A DNA stretch of 64,000 nt from Candidatus Bathyarchaeota archaeon. Its GTDB lineage: Archaea; Thermoproteota; Bathyarchaeia; Bathyarchaeales; Bathycorpusculaceae. Below, piece after piece: positions 48,962-60,212 of the stretch. Each line of letters begins with the position of its first letter. Position 1 is the stretch's first letter. Under the pieces are notes generated by a model, which worked only from the letters and a program-made list of their open reading frames with translations, had not been told where the DNA came from and searched no databases. Position numbers and translations under genes: made by a program. Location of the stretch: NCBI GenBank assembly GCA_963707955.1, contig OY970176.1, positions 640,001 to 704,000 on the forward strand, read 5' to 3'.

Positions 48962-49843
48962 CTAGGGCATCAGCTTGGCGACGTTCTTTTCTCTTGCCAC
49001 ACCGAAGAAGTCTGCCACTGGAGTGCATTTAGCTCTGAAAAGCAAAAAGTGCGGTTTCTCGAGTTTGCATTCAGTCAAGGTTTCAGCGTAACCCATACCT
49101 TTGGCAAAGACGATGTCAACTGAATCGTACGCGCTGATAAACTCTGCCGAAACCTCTTTTAGTGCTAGTCCCACAGAATCTGTTCCCGTAGTAATCACCC
49201 TGTCAGCGACCTTGCTCATTCCAGAAGCCTCAGCATCTTCCAGAGTCGCATCGTTGATAACCGGCACACCTTTGACAGCGATTGTCACTGTTAAACCCAT
49301 GTTTTTCAATTGTTCAACAAGCAGCGTGTCAAAGACGATTTCGCCAGCGTTGTCCGTCAAGTAGAGAACCGTACGAGCCTTCTTTGCCAGCTCGTAAGCG
49401 TTGTTGATGTCGTCGACAGCCAGGTCTTTTGACGCCTCTCTGAAATTCTTCTTCAGACTGCTGAACAAGGCCTTGTGGCCTGGAATGTCGAATTCAATGA
49501 TGTTGCCAACGATGGCACAGAGGCAGGCTCTCTTAAACCGATCCTCCTGCGCGTAGCCCTCTTCGACCAGTTTTCTCGCGTAGGACAAGAGTTTCAGAGC
49601 CTTCTCATTGCTTATCCTCTTGCTTCTCTTGTACGGATCATTGTTGCCAGTGACCCTTCTTATCACCCGGTCTCTTTTTGTGCCCAATTCTGCCGGAACC
49701 GCCGTCGGTCTAAACTCTTTTGTCAACAATCGCATCAGGTCGCTCATCGCTCTGAAACGCAACGCGGGGTTCGTTGTGGCCTCCTTAGCCTCTGCTGCGC
49801 CCCTGCTAACGATGCACGCTGCACATTCAGCTTCGACTTTCAA
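48962..49843 (-). CDS. DUF89/ARMT1-like damage-control phosphatase
   Basis: CAAC, DPY, GNIIEF, DNAGEIVFD, INDAT, KGMGYAE, AKC. Confidence 0.88.
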   Translation of the reverse strand: MKVEAECAACIVSRGAAEAKEATTNPALRFRAMSDLMRLLTKEFRPTAVPAELGTKRDRVIRRVTGNNDPYKRSKRISNEKALKLLSYARKLVEEGYAQEDRFKRACLCAIVGNIIEFDIPGHKALFSSLKKNFREASKDLAVDDINNAYELAKKARTVLYLTDNAGEIVFDTLLVEQLKNMGLTVTIAVKGVPVINDATLEDAEASGMSKVADRVITTGTDSVGLALKEVSAEFISAYDSVDIVFAKGMGYAETLTECKLEKPHFLLFRAKCTPVADFFGVAREKNVAKLMP

Positions 49844-49859
49844 ATGTTCTCAGACTCAC

Positions 49860-50582
<723 letters not shown>

Positions 50583-50623
50583 TTAATATCGTTTTGGAAT
50601 AGAAAAAGGGTTTGTGGATCTTG

Positions 50624-51220
50624 TTATGTCAGCGCAGTGTGTGAACTTCTGCTCTTTTTCGATGGCCGCTCATCTGTTCCTCTAACGAAGACCGCTGCTG
50701 CGATGGCCGTCGTCCATAAGCCGCCTTTGTCTCCGGTTGCAGACTGTGTCACGTTTGCCGTCTTGATAATCATGCCGCTGGTTTTGAAAAGCTGTTCTTT
50801 TTCGTGCCAATCGGTTTCTGGGTCAAACTGGATTCCCATGGTCGTGGCAAGCATCGTTGCAGCAAGGTCTTCTGAGTAGTCTCCAGCCTTATCGTCAGGC
50901 TGCCCGAAAGAGTGGTGTTCTGAAAGGTAACCGTAGTTGTGCTTGCCCGATGGAATGGCGACGCCTATGGATGATGCGATCAACCTGTGCGGTTCATTCG
51001 TCGAGTTTCTGGCAAGGACAACGAAAGTTATCTCTCCAGGCCTTATCATCTCCAACCCCCGCTCTCTTGAAATCATCTTGCAGCCTGGCGGTATGATGCT
51101 TGAGACACTGACTATGTTGCAATGCTGTATCCCTGCGTCCCTCAGGGCCAACTCAAAAGACTGCAGTTGTTCCTTGTGTGCTCCATTGCCCTTTGTTAGG
51201 AAGAAATATCTCGGGATCAT
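50624..51220 (-). CDS. pdaD: Pyruvoyl-dependent arginine decarboxylase
   Basis: Start [11 protein letters not shown] at 51220; [22 protein letters not shown] (Ser-Ser cleavage), GYLSEHH. Confidence 0.9.
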   Translation of the reverse strand: MIPRYFFLTKGNGAHKEQLQSFELALRDAGIQHCNIVSVSSIIPPGCKMISRERGLEMIRPGEITFVVLARNSTNEPHRLIASSIGVAIPSGKHNYGYLSEHHSFGQPDDKAGDYSEDLAATMLATTMGIQFDPETDWHEKEQLFKTSGMIIKTANVTQSATGDKGGLWTTAIAAAVFVRGTDERPSKKSRSSHTALT

Positions 51221-51336
51221 TTTGCGAATAGATTGACATGTCCGCTTATTAGTCTTTTGTTTTTCCAGGAACACTTTCGTTTTGTTAGGGAAAAGGATAA
51301 CAGAGCTTTGCACGTAGTAGTTTTGAGGAAGACTAT

Positions 51337-52527
51337 TTGTCGCAGGGTCGAAGCGTGTTTAGGGACGAAACAAAACTCGACATCAACTACGTTCCCCGAA
51401 GGCTCCCTCACAGGGAACATGAACTAGGTCTGCTTAGAGAATTCCTTGGTTTTGCCCTGCAGTCTCCAGGAAGAATGGCCCAGAGAGTTATGATAACTGG
51501 AGACGTGGGAACCGGCAAGACGGCGCTTTCCCAGCGCTTCGGAGCTGACATCGGTCACGAAGCCAGCACGCGTGGAATAAACCTGCGTTACGTTCACGTT
51601 AATTGCCGAGAGTATAGTGGAAGCCTTTTTCTCATCCTTCAGCACGTAGTCTCGGTTTTTCATCCAAACTTTCCCAAGCGTGGCTACTCGGCCGAAGAAC
51701 TCCTGCGCACGCTTATGCAGATTCTGGACGAAGAAAATGCTTACATAATCCTGAGCTTAGACGAGTTTGAAAGCCTCGTTGAAAGAGAAGGCTCTGAAGC
51801 TGTATACAAGCTTACGCGACTCCAGGAGACGAGGCAAAACAAGCCTCAACGGCTGTCGCTCGTGTGCATCCTGCGAAATTTGGACGCAGTCAAACAGCTA
51901 GATGCCAGCACAAGAAGCACCCTGCAGTCCAACATCATAAGCCTTGACAGATACGCAAAACAGCAACTCGTCGACATTCTGAATGCCAGGGTTTCCCTTG
52001 CCTTCGAGCCCTTAGCCGTGCCTGAAGGAACCGTGGCGCTTATTGCAGAGCTTGCTTTTTCCGAAAGTGGGAATGCCCGTTTTGGAATTGAGCTGCTCTG
52101 GCGCGCTGGAAAATATGCAGACGCTGAGGACTTTGACACTGTAACACCAGAATGCGTGCGAGAAGCCGTTTCAAGCATATTCCCAGCTATGCGGAGAGGC
52201 GACCTTGCCACTCTCGGCCTGCATGAGAAACTTTTCCTGTTGGCTATAGCCAGAATCTTCAAGGAAAACCAAGTGGCCAGCGTCTCGCTGTCTGAAGCGG
52301 AGCAAACGTATACCGTTGTATGTGAAGAATTTGATGCGTCGCCAATTAGCCACACGCAGTTGTGGAAATACCTTAAGGACTTTTCAAACCTCGGCATAGT
52401 TGAAACACAGGTCTCCGGGACCGGCGGTCGCGGCAGGTCAACAACCATTTCTTTGCCCAGAATCCCTGCGCACGAACTGGAGAAAGAGTTGAGAAGCTTG
52501 TTCGAAAAGAGGCTTGAGAAGTCATGA
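51337..52527 (+). CDS. cdc6: Orc1/Cdc6 replication initiation protein
   Basis: [35 protein letters not shown]-terminal wHTH with GRGRST. Confidence 0.92.
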   Translation: MSQGRSVFRDETKLDINYVPRRLPHREHELGLLREFLGFALQSPGRMAQRVMITGDVGTGKTALSQRFGADIGHEASTRGINLRYVHVNCREYSGSLFLILQHVVSVFHPNFPKRGYSAEELLRTLMQILDEENAYIILSLDEFESLVEREGSEAVYKLTRLQETRQNKPQRLSLVCILRNLDAVKQLDASTRSTLQSNIISLDRYAKQQLVDILNARVSLAFEPLAVPEGTVALIAELAFSESGNARFGIELLWRAGKYADAEDFDTVTPECVREAVSSIFPAMRRGDLATLGLHEKLFLLAIARIFKENQVASVSLSEAEQTYTVVCEEFDASPISHTQLWKYLKDFSNLGIVETQVSGTGGRGRSTTISLPRIPAHELEKELRSLFEKRLEKS

Positions 52528-52796
52528 ACGTAGAAGACGTTTTCTCTTCAAGGCTTCGCATGAAGATCTTAAAGATCCTGTTCAACGTCGGCGAGCTTAA
52601 CGTTTCCGAAATTGCTCGCAGGCTAAGAATCAACTACATTTCGGCAAGCAAACACTTGAAGATCTTGGAAGACGAAGGCATCTTGCAACGCAAGATGTTC
52701 GGCAGAATCCGCCTTTACAGAGTCAACGAGCAATCACCCAAGACTAAAGCGTTGCAAAACCTCATTGACGCTTGGGAACACCAAAACGAAAAATAG
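52524..52796 (+). CDS. ArsR-family wHTH protein
   Basis: FSSRLRMKIL...LNVSEIARRL...SKHLKILE; overlaps cdc6 stop. Confidence 0.85.
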   Translation: MNVEDVFSSRLRMKILKILFNVGELNVSEIARRLRINYISASKHLKILEDEGILQRKMFGRIRLYRVNEQSPKTKALQNLIDAWEHQNEK

Positions 52797-52832
52797 ACCT
52801 CCAAACAGAACACAATATGGAGACAGTCTAGA

Positions 52833-53273
52833 ATGTCGATGGTTGACGTGTCTGATAAGCCCGAAATTCTTCGCGAAGCAACGGCAACGGGAACTGTTAA
52901 GTTGAAAAACGAGACTATACGGCTAATCAAAGAAGGAAGAGTTGCAAAGGGAGACGCGTTTCACACTGCGAAGATTGCCGGAATCCTAGCGGCTAAGAAA
53001 ACCAGCACCCTGATTCCTCTGTGCCACACTTTGCCTTTGACTAGCGTTGAAATCGACGTGAAAATTGAGGGCAAAACGAGAGTTAAAGTCACCGCAACCG
53101 TCAAGGCGAAAGCCCCAACGGGAGTTGAAATGGAAGCCTTAGCGGCCACTGCCACGAGTCTTCTCACGATATGGGACATGGTAAAACAGTACGAGAAGGA
53201 TGCTCAGGGTCAATATCCATCAACAACCATAGAAAACATTCATGTCGTGAAAAAAGTGAAGAAGACCAGTTAA
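52833..53273 (+). CDS. moaC: Cyclic pyranopterin monophosphate synthase
   Basis: MVDVSDK, LIPLCH, TGVEMEAL, IWDMVK. Confidence 0.95.
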   Translation: MSMVDVSDKPEILREATATGTVKLKNETIRLIKEGRVAKGDAFHTAKIAGILAAKKTSTLIPLCHTLPLTSVEIDVKIEGKTRVKVTATVKAKAPTGVEMEALAATATSLLTIWDMVKQYEKDAQGQYPSTTIENIHVVKKVKKTS

Positions 53274-53290
53274 GAGAAGGGATTCAAAAA

Positions 53291-53821
53291 ATGAGCGAAA
53301 GTGCAAGGAAGCACAAGGCTGAGGCACCAGCAAGACTGAGATTTGGCATTTTCACCTGCAGCACATCGCGTTATCTCCAATCGAAGAAAGGAGAAAAGTT
53401 TGAAGATGCTTCAGGAGACTTGATTGAGAAATCGTTGAAAAACGCAGGGCACCAAGTGAGTTTAAGGAAGCTGATTCCGGACGATAGAGTCCTGATCAGG
53501 CAAAGTGTGAAACGTGCACTAGCCTCGCCTGACCTGGACGCTGCGGTGTTCTGCGGAGGCACAGGAATCGCCCCATCAGACGTGACCATTGAAACGGTCT
53601 CAGCTCTTCTCGAAAAAACGCTTCCAGGGTTTGGGGAGATATTTAGGCGTCTGAGCTTTGACGAAATCGGATCCGCAGCAGTATTGTCCCGCGCAGTAGC
53701 TGGAGTGGCTAAAGGCAAAGCCCTTTTCTGTATTCCAGGCTCACCGGACGCTGTGAGAGTCTGCATGGAGAAACTGATCCTGCCCGAGACACCGCATGTA
53801 GTAAAGCATGCACGCGAGTAG
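53291..53821 (+). CDS. moaB: Molybdenum cofactor biosynthesis protein MoaB/MogA family
   Basis: DASG, IPDD, GGTGIAPSDVT, PGFGEIFR, SRA, PGS. Confidence 0.9.
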   Translation: MSESARKHKAEAPARLRFGIFTCSTSRYLQSKKGEKFEDASGDLIEKSLKNAGHQVSLRKLIPDDRVLIRQSVKRALASPDLDAAVFCGGTGIAPSDVTIETVSALLEKTLPGFGEIFRRLSFDEIGSAAVLSRAVAGVAKGKALFCIPGSPDAVRVCMEKLILPETPHVVKHARE

Positions 53822-53825
53822 AGCC

Positions 53826-54092
53826 TCAAGGATTCGGTTTGCTCGCAATCACCTGCGAGATTTCATTCAGACCTTGGTACAATTCACGATTCGTGATTGC
53901 AGCTGGGGTTTTCAAAATCCCACGTCTCAATGCTTTCATTCTGTCGCCCACGCGTGAGGTATCATAAACTTTCACTTCCCGGCCTTCTTTTTTCGCCATC
54001 TCCAAAACTTGACGCAAAACCTCGACATCTTCCTCACAGAGTATACGACCCTTAAACTGGCCCTCCAGTTCATTATATGCCTGTTGAGCCAA
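53826..54092 (-). CDS. Hypothetical thioredoxin-like small protein or fragment
   Basis: VKVYDTS...GILKTPAAI; weak evidence. Confidence 0.4.
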   Translation of the reverse strand: MAQQAYNELEGQFKGRILCEEDVEVLRQVLEMAKKEGREVKVYDTSRVGDRMKALRRGILKTPAAITNRELYQGLNEISQVIASKPNP

Positions 54093-54135
54093 ACCGCATT
54101 CCTAGTAATAAGGCATCTCTCGGTAGCGCGCGCTG

Positions 54136-54657
54136 CTACCCGGTAGCATCAAACGTCCTATGGAGAAAGTCAACCCTCATCTGTTGACCCCCACCATATT
54201 TGACCCACTTCTCACGCAAATCATCGACATCAACAAAAGGCAAAGTCGTAAGAATGTGCAAATGAGGTCGGTCTTTCTTGGTAATCTCTAAGACACAAAC
54301 ATAGAAGAACGCACCATACTTCTTTCTGAACCATCTATGTAAGGTTGCCCACCTTTCCTTCACGAAATAATACTCGTGATGCAATAAGGCAAACTTTGGA
54401 TCAACCGTGAACGTAATCAGAGTTTTGAAATCAACGAAATGCAACCACTTCGGTTTATCATTTAGCCGTTCTTTATAGACAGACTAAAAGCGATTAAACT
54501 GTCGAATCAGAAGCCACTTGTTTTCAGTCTTATGCTTGAGAACAACGTACTTGCCATGAACATAGGACACAACCCACCTGCGACACTGATCTTCTAAAAA
54601 GTTGAAATAGAATCTGTCCTTTCCACAATCAACAATCTTGCAGAACTCGATTGGCAT
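54136..54657 (-). pseudogene. Rolling-circle replication initiator (HUH Rep) remnant
   Basis: Motif I ITFTVDP, motif II PHLHIL; in-frame TAG at 54484-54486; terminal TAG where the motif III Tyr would be expected; truncated at GCGCGCGC 54126-54133. Confidence 0.75.
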
Positions 54658-54834
54658 TCAAAGTAAAGGCTTCTTGACCGCAAATCCGAAGACATGCCAT
54701 GGGCAAGCAGTAGACCCTCAAACCGTCACAGCAAAGAAAGAAAAAGGGGACTTGTGCGGGAGATATCGCCAAGAGAATCACCTAAGGCTTTATAAAGGGT
54801 ATATAAGCACTTCAGTAGTGAGAAGTGGGTTTCC

Positions 54835-55395
54835 ATGCCGAAGAGCAAGGCCATAATAAAGATTGAGAACGTTGTTGCTTCTGCCACGTTGAACCAGAAG
54901 GTTGACTTGAACGCTGTCGTCAAGAGTTATCCGGGTGTCGAGTACCGTCCAGAACAGTTTCCCGGGCTAGTGTTTAGGCTCAAGAGGCCGAAGACGGCTA
55001 CTCTGATCTTCAACTCTGGGAAAATGGTCTGCACAGGCGCAAAATCGGAGCAGGAATCGCGCAGGGCAGTCATGAAAGTGATTAAAGAGTTGAAGAAGGG
55101 CGGAATAATCATCATCAGCAAGCCGGAGTTGAAGATTCAGAACATCGTTGCTTCAGGAATCCTCGGAGGAATGATAGACTTGGAGAAGGCTGCGTACAGT
55201 CTTGGAAAGACGATGTACGAGCCGGAGCAGTTTCCAGGCCTGATATACAGGATGGACGAGCCCAAAGTTGTCATACTGTTGTTTGCAAGCGGGAAGCTTG
55301 TCTGCACTGGAGCGAAGAAAGAACAGGATGTTTACGACGCTGTGTACAAGCTCCATGGGATATTGGAGGAGCAAACCCTAATTTTCTATGAATAG
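54835..55395 (+). CDS. tbp: TATA-box binding protein
   Basis: Two repeats: IENVVAS..YRPEQFPGL..LIFNSGKMVCTG and IQNIVAS..YEPEQFPGL..LLFASGKLVCTG. Confidence 0.98.
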   Translation: MPKSKAIIKIENVVASATLNQKVDLNAVVKSYPGVEYRPEQFPGLVFRLKRPKTATLIFNSGKMVCTGAKSEQESRRAVMKVIKELKKGGIIIISKPELKIQNIVASGILGGMIDLEKAAYSLGKTMYEPEQFPGLIYRMDEPKVVILLFASGKLVCTGAKKEQDVYDAVYKLHGILEEQTLIFYE

Positions 55396-56066
55396 ACTTC
55401 TTTCCTTCCATTCTGACCTATGTATCTGTCTTTCTCTGTCCTTTCTTGACCTGCTTCAACATGGTTTTCAGCTGATCCTGATCGATCGTTCCTGAGCTCG
55501 TGCAGGGTGCTGACTATTTCAGTGATGTTGAGCAGCGCATGAAGCTTCACGCCGGTCTTTGCAAGCTTTTCTCTTCCGCCTTCCTGCCTGTCTATGAGCA
55601 CAACAGCGTCGGTTACCACGCCGCCTTCTGCCATTATGGCCTTTGCCGCCTTCTGTAAAGACAAGCCGGTTGTCACAAGGTCGTCCATCAACAGAACGCG
55701 GTTTCCAGGAGCAATTATTCCTTCTATCCTCCTTTCTCTTCCGTGAAACCGCGCACCTTTTCGAGCGTACAGAAACGGTTTCTTCAAGTTGAAGGCAACT
55801 ACTGACGCGAAAGGTATCCCTGCAACGGGTATTCCTGCTATCCTATCGACATCCGCCGTTCCGATCTCACTCTTTATGAACTCCACACAATAATCGCAGA
55901 TTCTCTCAAAGGCGTCGGGAAAGCTTGGGACGACTCTGAGGTCTATGTAGTACGGGCTCATCTTTCCGCTTGTGAGCTTGAAGGCGCCAAACTTCAAGGC
56001 CCCTATTCTGTCCAGAACCTTGCTGATCTCAGCCTTCATTCCTTCGCTCTTTCTTTCAGTAAGCAA
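55386..56066 (-). CDS. pyrE: Orotate phosphoribosyltransferase (probable 3' frameshift)
   Basis: FKLTSGKMSPYYIDLR, VLLMDDLVTTG, IDRQEGG. Confidence 0.92.
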   Translation of the reverse strand: MLTERKSEGMKAEISKVLDRIGALKFGAFKLTSGKMSPYYIDLRVVPSFPDAFERICDYCVEFIKSEIGTADVDRIAGIPVAGIPFASVVAFNLKKPFLYARKGARFHGRERRIEGIIAPGNRVLLMDDLVTTGLSLQKAAKAIMAEGGVVTDAVVLIDRQEGGREKLAKTGVKLHALLNITEIVSTLHELRNDRSGSAENHVEAGQERTEKDRYIGQNGRKEVYS

Positions 56067-56070
56067 TGTT

Positions 56071-56769
56071 TCACACCTTCTTAGTAACCTGATAGATCTT
56101 CCCCGTCTCAGGTATCAGACACGTCGTCTTTGGCATTTCTTTTTTCAGAAGCTCAGCGAACTTGTTCTGCTCCGATGCTGAGCTGGTGTGGTAGGGCGCT
56201 GCCACTTTAGGCTTGGTCAACCTGACGATGTCAACGCCGCTTGCAGGCGAAGCACCGGGCGCGATGCCCACGGTGCAGAACACCAGGTCCAACTTCTCTC
56301 TGTCGCCGATTGCCACCATCTCAGGAAAAGGCAGACTGTCCGCTGTGTGGAAAACTTTCACGCCGTCCTCACTTGATATTACAAAGGACACTGGCGTCGC
56401 CGCCGGAGGATGATTGCTTCTCTCAACCTTCACAGAGACGTCGCCAAGCTTAACTTCAGAGCCCGGTTGCACTTCGTGGAGCTTTTCTGGGGGAATAGCG
56501 TTTCGCAGTCTTCTGGCAGACGTAGGGTCAGCGATTACCATGCACTGCGTCAGCTTGTGGATCTCTGCCACCAGCGATTGGTCTAGGTGGTCGTAGTGCT
56601 CGTGGGTAACTAGGATTGCATCAACATTCCTGAAGTCTCGCGCCTTAACATCAACAGGGTCTACGACAAGCGTCTTAGAAGGCGTCTTAACAGTGACCCC
56701 AGAGTATCGGTTGAACCACACAAACAAGATCTCGCTTTTAGACGGGTTCTCCGCGATCGACATTCTCAT
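56071..56769 (-). CDS. MBL-fold metallo-hydrolase
   Basis: VVDP, THEHYDH, FHTADS, PYH. Confidence 0.88.
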   Translation of the reverse strand: MRMSIAENPSKSEILFVWFNRYSGVTVKTPSKTLVVDPVDVKARDFRNVDAILVTHEHYDHLDQSLVAEIHKLTQCMVIADPTSARRLRNAIPPEKLHEVQPGSEVKLGDVSVKVERSNHPPAATPVSFVISSEDGVKVFHTADSLPFPEMVAIGDREKLDLVFCTVGIAPGASPASGVDIVRLTKPKVAAPYHTSSASEQNKFAELLKKEMPKTTCLIPETGKIYQVTKKV

Positions 56770-56944
56770 TTCCTCAAAGCTGATAATTACGACGTTTGAG
56801 TCTTAAGAATCTATGCTAATGCCAAATTATCAGGAGGGCCTGCGCGCAGACTTTGCGTGAGAGAATGGGCCTGCCAAATTTTTCTTGTCCTTAACAAGGC
56901 TTAATAGCTTCTGCCTAGGTTTTTCAGTATTCGAGTGATGCTGC

Positions 56945-58228
56945 ATGGTTGACGCTTGGCTGCCTTATGGAAAATCGATGGTCTGCGTGAGGATTCCGGC
57001 ACAGAATTTTTTAGGTTCTATAGAACCGAGAGAGAAACCGAGTGTATCAGACGCTCAAGCTGAGGTTGAGGGGGCACTGAAACAGCCTATTGGTTCGAAG
57101 AGGCTCGTTGAAATCGCTAAACCCGAAAGCCACGTGGCAATAGTTGTAGATGACGTGACTAGGCCGGCTCCAAGTTACCTCATCGTTCCATCGATACTTG
57201 ACGAGTTGAACGCTGCGGGAGTGAAACCCGAGAACGTGACGGTTGTTTTTGCCTGCGGGTCCCACAGGCCTGTCACGCGTGAAGAAGCGCTCAGGCTCCT
57301 AGGTGAAACCGTCCTCAACCGTGTAAAGACGGTGAGTCACGACTGCAAGGCTCAAGACTTGGTTCACGTCGGAACAACTCAAAAGCACGGAACAAAGGTG
57401 TACTTAAACCGGACTTTCGCGGAGGCGGATGTCAGAATCTTGACAGGAGACGTGTGTCTCCATTACTTTGCTGGCTACGGCGGTGGGAGAAAAAGCATCC
57501 TGCCGGGACTTTCGGGTGAGGAAACGATTAAGCACAATCATGCTATGCTCTTGGACGCCCGGGCAAAAACCGGCGTACTTAATGAAAACCCAGTCAGCGA
57601 GGACATGGCTGAGGCTGCAAAGATGGTTAGAGTCGATTTTGCGTTGAACGTTGTCATCAACAGCAAGCACGAGATTGTCAAGGCTTTTTCCGGAGACCTC
57701 GATCAAGTGTTTTCTGAGGGTGTTAAGCTTGTCGACGAGATGTACCGCGTGCAGGTGGAGCGCCGCGCAGACATCGTTGTTGTCAGCCCGGGGGGGAACC
57801 CTGCAGACCTGAACCTTTTCCAAGCCTACAAGGCGGTGGACAACGCTTTGGAAGCCGTTAAGCGGGGCGGCGTCATCGTTTTGGTCGCTGAACTTCCAGA
57901 AGGTCATGGAAACCAGGATTTCTACGATTGGATGGTTAAGTTTAAGGATTTGAAAGCCTTAGAGGGCGAGGTTAAGCGCAACTTTGTTATGGGCGGGGCC
58001 AAGGCGTACTACTACACGAAGGCTTTGCAGAAGGCTCAGATAATTCTCGTTTCCTCAATGCCAGACTATTATGCTGCGACGGTTTTCAGACTGAAGACGG
58101 CAAGGGCGGTGAACGATGCGCTCAATCAAGCCTTGACGATTGCTGGGAAGAATGCCAAGGTTTGGACCATGCCTCACGGAAATTACACGTTGCCAGAGGT
58201 CAGAGCGGTCGCCGAAGAGGGCCATTAG
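56945..58228 (+). CDS. larA: Nickel-dependent lactate racemase (LarA) family
   Basis: DDVTRP, GSHR, HYFAGYGGGRKSILPG, NH, NLFQAYK. Confidence 0.88.
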   Translation: MVDAWLPYGKSMVCVRIPAQNFLGSIEPREKPSVSDAQAEVEGALKQPIGSKRLVEIAKPESHVAIVVDDVTRPAPSYLIVPSILDELNAAGVKPENVTVVFACGSHRPVTREEALRLLGETVLNRVKTVSHDCKAQDLVHVGTTQKHGTKVYLNRTFAEADVRILTGDVCLHYFAGYGGGRKSILPGLSGEETIKHNHAMLLDARAKTGVLNENPVSEDMAEAAKMVRVDFALNVVINSKHEIVKAFSGDLDQVFSEGVKLVDEMYRVQVERRADIVVVSPGGNPADLNLFQAYKAVDNALEAVKRGGVIVLVAELPEGHGNQDFYDWMVKFKDLKALEGEVKRNFVMGGAKAYYYTKALQKAQIILVSSMPDYYAATVFRLKTARAVNDALNQALTIAGKNAKVWTMPHGNYTLPEVRAVAEEGH

Positions 58229-58229
58229 G

Positions 58230-59201
58230 ATGAGATTGTTGAAGCCGCCAAGGCTTAGTGGCGGCGACACCGTTGGCGTAGTTGCTCCTTCTTATCCTGT
58301 TGCACCTTTTCAGAAGCTCTACGATCAGGGAATCAGAAATCTGAAGGGCTTTGGCTTCAAAGTGAAGGAAGGCAAGACTGTGAAGCTTGAGCGCATGGGT
58401 TACATGGCGGGAACAGACGTTGAAAGAGCCGAGGACATCAACAAGATGTTTGGGGACAAAGAGGTCAAAGCGATCGTCTGTGCCATGGGAGGACAGGTTG
58501 CGATTCGAACTCTGCGCTATCTGGATTTTGATTTGATAAGGGCCAACCCCAAGATTTTCTCAGGCATGAGCGACATCACAACCTTTCACGTTGCCTTTCT
58601 TGCAAAGACAGGTCTCAGCGGTCTGCATCAGTCAGACGTCATTTTTGGCTTCGGAGCAGACCGGAAAAGCTTGGAAGCCAGTTACGAAATGGGGCTTTTC
58701 TTGAAAATCACCGAAAACGCGGAGCCTCTGGGGCTGTTGCCCAAGTTCACGCCGTGGGAGGTTTGGCGCGAGGGTGAGGCTGAAGCTAGGCTTTTCGGCG
58801 GAAACATCCCGTCATTGCAGACGTTGCTCTCGACGCCTTACTTCCCCAAAATCGATGAGCAGGTTATCTTCTTCTGGGAGTGCACGGCGAAGCCGCTTGA
58901 CAAGATAGACCAGGACCTGACTCAGTTCGGGGAAGTCGGCTTGTTTGACAAGACAAGTGGCATGCTCATCGGTAAGATCAGGGGCGAGGAGCCCGACCAA
59001 CCTGGCACGATAAGGGACATGACCGAAGAAGTCAAGAAAGTGATCTTGGAGATAGCTGAAGAATTTGATTTTCCCATCATCGCAAGCATGGATTTCGGTC
59101 ACTACACGCCTAATCTGCCGTTGCCGTTCGGGCTCAGGGTGAACATGAACACGGAAGGGGCAAGAGTCCGGATAGACGAGTCCTACGTGAACCTGCTTTA
59201 A
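58230..59201 (+). CDS. S66 LD-carboxypeptidase/MccF-like peptidase
   Basis: KPPRL..GDTVGVVAPS, GMSDIT, GGNI, FFWE, DFGHY. Confidence 0.9.
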   Translation: MRLLKPPRLSGGDTVGVVAPSYPVAPFQKLYDQGIRNLKGFGFKVKEGKTVKLERMGYMAGTDVERAEDINKMFGDKEVKAIVCAMGGQVAIRTLRYLDFDLIRANPKIFSGMSDITTFHVAFLAKTGLSGLHQSDVIFGFGADRKSLEASYEMGLFLKITENAEPLGLLPKFTPWEVWREGEAEARLFGGNIPSLQTLLSTPYFPKIDEQVIFFWECTAKPLDKIDQDLTQFGEVGLFDKTSGMLIGKIRGEEPDQPGTIRDMTEEVKKVILEIAEEFDFPIIASMDFGHYTPNLPLPFGLRVNMNTEGARVRIDESYVNLL

Positions 59202-59246
59202 CGTGGGAAAAGCGTTTAAGCTACGTTGGATTTTAGGCTTTAAGGT

Positions 59247-59756
59247 TTGCTGGAGTCGAAGGACTTGCAGGGCATGTACAAACTGCGGAAATTCGGTGTG
59301 AACGACCTGGCAAGCGTCACGCACATCAATGAGCTGTGTCTGCCAGAAAACTACACCGACATCTTCTTCGTAGAGTTGTACCGCAAGTTCCCTGAGACTT
59401 TTATCGTGGCAGAAGAAGATGACAGAGTCGTTGGTTACATCATGTGCAGGGTTGAGGTTGGCTTTTCAAACTTCGGCCTCAGTGGCCTCGTCAAGAAGGG
59501 ACACGTCGTTTCCGTTGCCGTTCTGCTTGAACACAGGCGCAAGGGCATAGGAGAGGCTCTGGTAGCCCAAGCCATGGAGGGCATGCGAGCTTACAGCGCG
59601 AAGCAGTGCTATTTGGAAGTCAGAGTGACCAATGAAGAGGCAGTTGCTCTGTACAAGAAGCTGGGTTTCGAGGTCACCCGCACTGTTCACGGATACTACG
59701 CAGACGGAGAAGACGCCTTCGTGATGAGCCGAGACCTACAATCGAAAAACAAGTGA
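59247..59756 (+). CDS. N-alpha-acetyltransferase (Ard1/RimI family)
   Basis: CLPENY, GHVVSVAV..RRKGIG, LEVRVTN, YYADGEDA. Confidence 0.92.
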   Translation: MLESKDLQGMYKLRKFGVNDLASVTHINELCLPENYTDIFFVELYRKFPETFIVAEEDDRVVGYIMCRVEVGFSNFGLSGLVKKGHVVSVAVLLEHRRKGIGEALVAQAMEGMRAYSAKQCYLEVRVTNEEAVALYKKLGFEVTRTVHGYYADGEDAFVMSRDLQSKNK

Positions 59757-59762
59757 GCAGGC

Positions 59763-60212
59763 CTAGACGAGCACGGGCTCCGCTCTTTCACTTACGTAGT
59801 TAATTGCCTGCAGAACAGACTTTGCTAGTCCTAACAGCCCCAGCATCATCGAAATGACGAGAAACAGTCGAAGGTCAACCGTCAGACTTAGGCTTCCAGA
59901 GGTGTACTCGAAGATTCCTGCGTTCAGGAAGAAGACCAGATAAATCATGACAAACAGGGCTTTTGCCGCGTTGAAAACATGCTGAAAAAGTGTGCCTGAA
60001 GCCAGATCGCTAATGATCATCAGCACGACGTAGACTATGGTGAAAGTTTGGATCATCTGCTGCAAGCTGGGGATTATCGATGAAACCGGCGCTAGAAACT
60101 GGATCAGAATGGCATAAATCACAATCACTATCGTGGCCTTGACTGCCGCTTTGACGACTTTGAGCACGTTTTTCCGCATTTTTCCTTTGGGACGGTTTTC
60201 TTCAGTCACCAT
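59763..60212 (-). CDS. Membrane protein (about 4 TM)
   Basis: Hydrophobic helices; start likely at 60212 or 60179. Confidence 0.7.
   Translation of the reverse strand: MVTEENRPKGKMRKNVLKVVKAAVKATIVIVIYAILIQFLAPVSSIIPSLQQMIQTFTIVYVVLMIISDLASGTLFQHVFNAAKALFVMIYLVFFLNAGIFEYTSGSLSLTVDLRLFLVISMMLGLLGLAKSVLQAINYVSERAEPVLV

Noticed and set aside
51220-51340. Possible replication origin next to cdc6
   Set aside because: The intergenic gap is short, with no repeated ORB boxes or AT-rich unwinding element; only one weak TTCCAG.
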